DNA of 64,000 bases from Flavobacteriaceae bacterium (lineage in GTDB: Bacteria; Bacteroidota; Bacteroidia; Flavobacteriales; Flavobacteriaceae). The position numbers and the translations under genes are program-made. Location of the stretch: positions 9,106 to 73,105 of the forward strand of contig JAHEMY010000001.1 in the NCBI GenBank assembly GCA_024643425.1, read 5' to 3'. Shown in pieces: positions 29,893 through 35,095 of this stretch; positions within the stretch are counted from its first letter, which is position 1; each line of letters opens with the position of its first letter. The notes beneath the pieces were generated by a model that saw only the letters and a program-made list of their open reading frames with translations, was not told the DNA's origin and searched no databases.

Positions 29893-30600
29893 TTATCTAC
29901 GTGATAAAATGCTTAAGATATACCAAAAAAGGAGCATTAAGGAAGCAAATAATCCTAATGAAGCTGCTACATATTGATCTTCACTGTATTCATGCACAAT
30001 GTTTGATGTTTGGTATAAAATAGATCCTGCGGCTAGTATGATCATGCCCACACTAAACCACAAACCTAAATTAAACCCAAATAATACTCCGGCTACAATA
30101 AGTCCCAACGCAATAAAGAAACCAACTGCCAAAATTGAACGAAGAAAAGAGAAATCTTTTTTGGTAACCAGGACAATGGCCGATAAACCGGCAAATAAGG
30201 AAATTGTAAGGATTGCCGCCTGATTAATTAATTCGGCTCCTCCATCGGCGGCATAATAGATGGCAATATAAATTAGAGGAATAAAAATAAAGGCCTCCGC
30301 TACTACATAAATGAGCAATGCGATGTATTGTTTGTTGCGATCGTGCTCCTTTAATGCCATCTTTTCGGCGTAATTGGTAATAAACATAAAGCCTCCCAGC
30401 ATCACTAACCACGTCCACCCTTGGGTTAACGACAAGGCAAATTCCAACAAGGCCGGAATTTGAAAAAATATAGTTTCAACTGCAATAAACATAAGCACTG
30501 CCAAAGCCACGTGGCTATAAGTTTTTCTGTAAAAGGCCGCACGTGCTTCGGTTGATAAAGTAGCGACACTGGGATAGGCATTCGATTGAATTTGATTCAT
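29893..30600 (-). CDS. Bax inhibitor-1/YccA family membrane protein
   Basis: Seven TM segments, N-terminal ...FYRKTYSHVALAVL..., charged C-terminal end. Confidence 0.75.
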   Translation of the reverse strand: MNQIQSNAYPSVATLSTEARAAFYRKTYSHVALAVLMFIAVETIFFQIPALLEFALSLTQGWTWLVMLGGFMFITNYAEKMALKEHDRNKQYIALLIYVVAEAFIFIPLIYIAIYYAADGGAELINQAAILTISLFAGLSAIVLVTKKDFSFLRSILAVGFFIALGLIVAGVLFGFNLGLWFSVGMIILAAGSILYQTSNIVHEYSEDQYVAASLGLFASLMLLFWYILSILSRR

Positions 30601-30626
30601 TATTTCGGTGTGTTATATGGCTTTAA

Positions 30627-31157
30627 TTACTTACTACTTTCTCCCTTGAAATGCTGAGAGTTGTTTTTAAACAAGATATTAAACGTAGTTAGGGAACCAT
30701 AACATCTTGTAATATATTGCTGAAGGTCTATTTTATCGGATTCTTCTAATGTGCTACTCGCATTGATTTTTTGTTCCATGACGCGCAATCGATCCCGAAG
30801 CATCACAATTTTATGAAAAAAAGTGTCGATAGGAATTTCTTTATTACTGAGGCTCGAATCCTTCGGCTGTAATACGAGGGTTCCCCCTTTAAATTTATCA
30901 GCGATGGGAACAATTTCACTTACATCGCTCCATCGTCGCAACAAATCTCTCATGGTGCGTTCTACTTCATAAAAGGAAATGGCATCTAAATCGTCTTCGG
31001 AAGCTTCAATAATTTCAAAATCATCTTCGTGTGGAATAGTCTCTAAACCATTCTCAATAAAGGTGACCCAATACATTTTTCGGTCTACATTGGTTACCAC
31101 TCCTTTCCCAAATTCGGGATGATTTATTCTTGAGCCAATTGCTAATAAGGGTTGCAT
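30627..31157 (-). CDS. Hypothetical protein with N-terminal small beta (Tudor/SH3-like, HxxFGxGxV) motif
   Basis: The INHPEFGKGVVTNV motif resembles the small beta domain at the C-terminus of UvrD/PcrA-like proteins. The rest is helical. Confidence 0.4.
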   Translation of the reverse strand: MQPLLAIGSRINHPEFGKGVVTNVDRKMYWVTFIENGLETIPHEDDFEIIEASEDDLDAISFYEVERTMRDLLRRWSDVSEIVPIADKFKGGTLVLQPKDSSLSNKEIPIDTFFHKIVMLRDRLRVMEQKINASSTLEESDKIDLQQYITRCYGSLTTFNILFKNNSQHFKGESSK

Positions 31158-31280
31158 GAAATAATTATTTGAATGAATTGTAAAAATAGAAAAATCTAAT
31201 TCATCGCAAGCCTTTAGGGCTATTTTCGTTTACAAATAAGAAGTTATTTATGTATCTTCGCATCCTGAAAATATGCAGTT

Positions 31281-31730
31281 GTGAGTTTACAGAATGAAAT
31301 AATGGATGCCTTAAAAACGGCGATGAAAGAAAAGAATACGGTAGCCTTGGAATCGTTGCGAGCCGTAAAATCTGCGCTTTTGTTGGCTCAAACTCAAAGT
31401 GGTGCAAAAACAGAACTTTCCGAAACTGACGAAGTAAAATTACTTCAGAAGTTAGTAAAACAACGCAAGGACAGTGCTGCTATTTTTAGTGAACAAGGAA
31501 GAAACGACTTAGCCGAGCCAGAACTGGCACAGGCAGCGGTAATCGAAAAATTTTTACCGGAGCAAATGAGCTCTGAAGAAATTGAAAAAGTAATCGAGCA
31601 AATTATATCCCAGTCAGGAGCAAACTCTATGAAAGATATGGGAAAAGTAATGGGAATGGCTAACGCCCAAATGGCTGGAAAGGCAGATGGTAAGACCATC
31701 GCTGCTTTGGTAAAAGAAAAGTTAGGGTAA
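31281..31730 (+). CDS. yqeY: GatB/YqeY domain protein
   Basis: (GTG)SLQNEIMDALKTAMKEKN...LESLRAVKSALLLAQT...; ends ...ADGKTIAALVKEKLG. Confidence 0.85.
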   Translation: MSLQNEIMDALKTAMKEKNTVALESLRAVKSALLLAQTQSGAKTELSETDEVKLLQKLVKQRKDSAAIFSEQGRNDLAEPELAQAAVIEKFLPEQMSSEEIEKVIEQIISQSGANSMKDMGKVMGMANAQMAGKADGKTIAALVKEKLG

Positions 31731-31733
31731 AAA

Positions 31734-31807
31734 GGCCGCGTGGCGCAACTGAATAGCGCATCAGATTTCGGCTCTGAGGGTTGGGGGTTTGAATCCCTCC
31801 GCGGTCA
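31734..31807 (+). tRNA. tRNA-Arg (anticodon UCG)
   Basis: Hand-folded cloverleaf. 7-bp acceptor (GGCCGCG/CGCGGTC, one G-U), D stem GCGC/GCGC, anticodon stem TCAGA/TCTGA with loop TT-TCG-GC, 5-nt variable loop, T stem GGGGG/CCCTC, discriminator A. No encoded CCA. Confidence 0.85.
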
Positions 31808-31809
31808 CA
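31792..31809 (+). repeat. Direct repeat copy 1 (tRNA 3' end; att-like core)
   Basis: AATCCCTCCGCGGTCACA, identical to 31964-31981. Confidence 0.9.
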
Positions 31810-31820
31810 TCAAGCAGCAT

Positions 31821-31849
31821 CCCGGTGATAACTCACCGGGATTTTTTTT
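31821..31849 (+). terminator. Rho-independent terminator after the tRNA
   Basis: Stem cccggtga/tcaccggg, loop taac, 8-T run. Confidence 0.85.
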
Positions 31850-31899
31850 GCGAATTGAGGAAAGTTTACTTTTCGAAAAGAAGTTCTAAAAAATCCAAA

Positions 31900-31920
31900 T
31901 AAGTTTGTTCAACAAACTTA
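31900..31920. repeat. 21-bp perfect palindrome
   Basis: TAAGTTTGTT-C-AACAAACTTA. A 12-bp palindrome, CTTTTCGAAAAG, lies at 31869-31880. Confidence 0.9.
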
Positions 31921-31963
31921 GGGAGGCTATTTGCAGCATTGAACTTCGAGGAACCTCGAAAGT

Positions 31964-31981
31964 AATCCCTCCGCGGTCACA
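31964..31981 (+). repeat. Direct repeat copy 2 (orphan copy of the tRNA 3' end)
   Basis: AATCCCTCCGCGGTCACA with no upstream tRNA body. Followed by its own terminator. Confidence 0.9.
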
Positions 31982-31983
31982 AC

Positions 31984-32016
31984 AAAAAAGCCTGCAATGA
32001 TTTGCAGGCTTTTTTA
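31984..32016. terminator. Bidirectional rho-independent terminator
   Basis: A-run, stem aagcctgcaa/ttgcaggctt, loop tgat, T-run. Also serves the minus-strand gene ending at 32038. Confidence 0.85.
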
Positions 32017-32037
32017 TTATGTAGGATCTTTGGAACT

Positions 32038-32670
32038 CTATCTATTGCCATAGGCAATGTGAACCCATTTAGTACTTCCACTTTCAATTACTTCTCCGAT
32101 TACTTTTACCATCTGATTTCTAAAAATCACATCTCCATTTCTCGAAGTATTCGGGAATTCAGGTTTCCCCATAACGCCATTTCGCACATTCATATCCATA
32201 TTGGAGATGTACAAATTATTTTTGGAAATTGAAGGTACACCATCCAACATGACCGGTTCATCAGGAAATCCTTTAGTATCTTCAAATTTCTTATACAAGG
32301 TTCTTCCACTGGATTCTTTTAGTTGAACATAGCCCGTTTTTGGGTACAGTGCGTTTATGTTCACAAGAGTCTTGATGTAATAATCTCCTTCTTGTCCAAA
32401 ATTTGATAAATAGCTTTTATAGGATTTAAAGGAGTTGGTTGTTTTTGCGACATTAAAATAGATACTATCTGTTGCTCTGGACAAAGCTTCTAAATGACTC
32501 TTATTCACTTCGTATAAAGAATCGATTTCGTCTTTTTGCTGCTTCAATTCGGTATTAGATTCAAGCAGCTTGGATTCACTAATCTTTAAGTCGTAGGAAT
32601 ACTTTACCACCAGGGCAAATAAAACAAAGATGGAAATGGTAAGAATGGCAACAATCGCTCTAAATTTCAT
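32038..32670 (-). CDS. Membrane-anchored coiled-coil protein with C-terminal SH3b-like domain (hypothetical)
   Basis: N-terminal TM (AIVAILTISIFVLFALVV), heptad-like stretch (SKLLESNTELKQQKDEIDSLYEV), C-terminus MNVRNGV...GDVIFRNQMVKVIGEVIESGSTKWVHIAY. A 6-bp gap separates it from the upstream gene. Confidence 0.55.
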   Translation of the reverse strand: MKFRAIVAILTISIFVLFALVVKYSYDLKISESKLLESNTELKQQKDEIDSLYEVNKSHLEALSRATDSIYFNVAKTTNSFKSYKSYLSNFGQEGDYYIKTLVNINALYPKTGYVQLKESSGRTLYKKFEDTKGFPDEPVMLDGVPSISKNNLYISNMDMNVRNGVMGKPEFPNTSRNGDVIFRNQMVKVIGEVIESGSTKWVHIAYGNR

Positions 32671-32676
32671 AGTTCT

Positions 32677-32988
32677 TTATTTTATGTGAATGGCTGCTTG
32701 CCTTCTTGATCTAATTAATACAACGATGAGTAATGCGAGTAGTACAAAAAAGCCTCCTGCGGCAAAACTTGCAATAAAATTGGCTGGATTTAACACTAAA
32801 AAAACCAAGGAGGCAATTGCAAAAACCCCCATCAGCACCATAAAAAACTTTATCACAAATTCGACGTCTTTAGAGTTTGCTTGCGCCCCAAATACATTTA
32901 TGGTTTTTTGATCGCCAATGGTTACATTTCCCTGGGACTCAATGGTGGTTCCTTCTACTGTGTTTTTTTTGGTTGTTTGTTCGGTCAT
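32677..32988 (-). CDS. Small membrane protein: N-terminal KNT..EG..GN..IGD module plus two TM helices (hypothetical)
   Basis: Residues 8-26 are KNTVEGTTIESQGNVTIGD. TM1 is FVIKFFMVLMGVFAIASLVFLVL and TM2 is FIASFAAGGFFVLLALLIVVLI, with a basic C-terminal end RSRRQ. Confidence 0.55.
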   Translation of the reverse strand: MTEQTTKKNTVEGTTIESQGNVTIGDQKTINVFGAQANSKDVEFVIKFFMVLMGVFAIASLVFLVLNPANFIASFAAGGFFVLLALLIVVLIRSRRQAAIHIK

Positions 32989-33018
32989 AGTTAGATTTAA
33001 ATTATCACGCTTTCATGT

Positions 33019-33474
33019 CTATCCATCTCCAAGCGTAAAGTCGCCTCCTCCTTTTATCGTAACATCCTTCATTGTATTTTTTTCATCATAGTGATCTTGA
33101 CCGGGAGCCCTATCACCAATTTTAATGTTTCCACTGATATCCAAATTAGCCCCTTCTATCGTGTTTTTTCGGGTTATCACATTATTCATCGAGGGGTTTG
33201 GTTTCTTAGATTCAGCAATCCATTTTTGAAGTTCAATTCTAAATTGATCGTCCTTGATCATTTCACTCATTACGTCCTCGACTTCTGCCTGCACTTCCGG
33301 TGATTCCGGAGCTTCTTCCATTTGTTGAATTAAGGATACCTTATCGCTTTTTTTAAACCATCCACGCATCCACTTCACCGAGCCCGAAACAAAATCGTCA
33401 ATAGCGTTATTCACCTCCTTATTCTTGGCACAAGTGTTTACTAATAATCCCAGTCCGAGGGTAATTAATTCCAT
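33019..33474 (-). CDS. Small hypothetical protein with acidic helical centre and two C-terminal KNT..G..IGD-type modules
   Basis: Hydrophobic N-terminus MELITLGLGLLV, acidic stretch EEAPESPEVQAEVEDV. Module copies are at residues 103-121 (KNTIEGANLDISGNIKIGD) and 132-150 (KNTMKDVTIKGGGDFTLGD). Confidence 0.55.
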   Translation of the reverse strand: MELITLGLGLLVNTCAKNKEVNNAIDDFVSGSVKWMRGWFKKSDKVSLIQQMEEAPESPEVQAEVEDVMSEMIKDDQFRIELQKWIAESKKPNPSMNNVITRKNTIEGANLDISGNIKIGDRAPGQDHYDEKNTMKDVTIKGGGDFTLGDG

Positions 33475-33680
33475 GATTTTAATTTTTTTAAAAAACCTAA
33501 ATTCAGCAATAGAATTTCTTTAAATACGATTTATTGAAACTACACAAAACATTTTATAGGTTAAAAATTAAAGGTTAAGTTACTATTTTTTCAATTGAAT
33601 TTAAACATCTGTACTATTATTCTTACTTATCAAAACTATTATTCAGTCACAAAATTCACCAACAATATTTGTGATCTTTC

Positions 33681-35060
33681 TTATGATAACAAGGTTTCAT
33701 CTAAAAAAGTCAAAAACTCATCCTTGGAGTTTTCGGGTTCGAAGAATGCATTATAGACCCAAGCACCGCGATCGAAACATTCCATTTTATATCGAATCCC
33801 AGCTTTTTTTGAAACCTTCAAATAGTATTTTTTAGACTCTTCAAGCTTGGCCAAATAAATGTTTGCTTCCGCCAAGGTTGCCCATTTACTTGCTGTGGGG
33901 TACAAATAATTTGAAGCCCCTTGTACAGCCTTCGTGGCATACTCTCTCATCTCCCTTCGATCAAGATCTAATTTTGCATATAGGAAAGCTACTTTCACTG
34001 CGTTTGTGAATATTTGTTCTTCATCATTAGTAGACAAGGCAAGTTCGTACGCTTTTTTGTAGGTGGCCAAGGTCTTTTCCCCATCTTTTTGCCCCTTACT
34101 TCTCAAGTATTGATTTCGATACAAATCTCCTAGCAATTCCAATAAATCGGGATCCTGATGTGTTTTCTTATTTTTTTCAAGTTGATGCGTAGCGTCGTCC
34201 ACTCGCCCAACAGCTTCCATTGCTTTTATGAGTTTTATGTAATTATCTTCATCCAAGTCTTCTATTTTCGGTTCCAAATCGATAATAGTCGATTCGAAAT
34301 CCTCTTTATTTCTTGGAAAGAAACTCAAAATGATATTTTCCGACATCTGTGTTTTGAAAAAAGGTGTTTGCACGCATGGGTTATCGTCGTCATCAACACA
34401 TTCTGCCGCTCTTTTTGGCACTTCTTCAAAAATGTACTCGACCACATCCATGATGCTTATTTCAGGGTCGATAAAAGGGCGTCTGTGTTTGCCGGAGAGT
34501 ACTTCCAATAAACATTGGGTAAAGAAACTTTCATTATTGTATCCATAGGATTTTTGATTATCCTGACAAGAAGCCATCACCCAAATACCCTGTTCGTCGT
34601 TTAACTTTTGGGCCATTCCATAAAGCCCTTTAATTCCTGTTTGAATCATCCCTTCAGCATGACAACAGTCTAAGAATAACACCAATCGACTCGATGGTAG
34701 TGCATTTACTTTTTCCTTCAGTTCTTCCGCAGTGACCCAGGTTTTTTTATAATTTTCAGCGGTCATTCCGTAGGGTTGCAGAAAAAACTTGTGTTCATCT
34801 CCAAACTTTCCACCATGCCCCGAGTAATAAAGAATGATCGAAGATTCTTCATTTGTTTTTTCCTTCAAGGTATCAAAGGCTTTTAGGATTCCTTGGCGGG
34901 TAGCCTTTTTTTCAGTTAGTAGAATTACATTTTCCTTTGGATACCCAACAAGTTTCTTATTTGTAATTGATTTGTACAAGTTCTGAGCATCTTTCACGGT
35001 ATAGGGTAAATCGTCCCCAACCCCTATGATTAATGCATAGGTGTTATTGCGGTTTTCCAT
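33681..35060 (-). CDS. Caspase-like (peptidase C14) protease fused to a C-terminal all-helical TPR-like domain
   Basis: YALIIGVG..., His in ILYYSGHGG (H82), Cys in VLFLDCCHAEG (C133), then WVMASCQDNQKSYG...FFTQCLLEVLSG. Residues ~275-459 are helical repeats (LLGDLYRNQY..., SKWATLAEANIYLAKLEESKKYY). Confidence 0.8.
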   Translation of the reverse strand: MENRNNTYALIIGVGDDLPYTVKDAQNLYKSITNKKLVGYPKENVILLTEKKATRQGILKAFDTLKEKTNEESSIILYYSGHGGKFGDEHKFFLQPYGMTAENYKKTWVTAEELKEKVNALPSSRLVLFLDCCHAEGMIQTGIKGLYGMAQKLNDEQGIWVMASCQDNQKSYGYNNESFFTQCLLEVLSGKHRRPFIDPEISIMDVVEYIFEEVPKRAAECVDDDDNPCVQTPFFKTQMSENIILSFFPRNKEDFESTIIDLEPKIEDLDEDNYIKLIKAMEAVGRVDDATHQLEKNKKTHQDPDLLELLGDLYRNQYLRSKGQKDGEKTLATYKKAYELALSTNDEEQIFTNAVKVAFLYAKLDLDRREMREYATKAVQGASNYLYPTASKWATLAEANIYLAKLEESKKYYLKVSKKAGIRYKMECFDRGAWVYNAFFEPENSKDEFLTFLDETLLS

Positions 35061-35095
35061 AATTTCATTTAAAAATTAAAACTCGTAGGATTTAA

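Noticed and set aside
31201-31407. 68-aa minus-strand ORF overlapping the yqeY start
   Set aside because: It overlaps a well-supported gene and its promoter region, has an implausible composition, and has no partner signals.
32002-32232. 76-aa plus-strand ORF starting inside the bidirectional terminator
   Set aside because: It is antisense to the 210-aa gene, begins within a terminator stem, and has a non-protein-like sequence.
34158-34548. Plus-strand ORFs (117 aa and 72 aa) antisense to the caspase-like gene, and 35224..37098 ORFs antisense to the TPR gene
   Set aside because: They are shadow ORFs in AT-rich coding sequence. Their translations are Phe/Ile/Cys-rich with no domain features.
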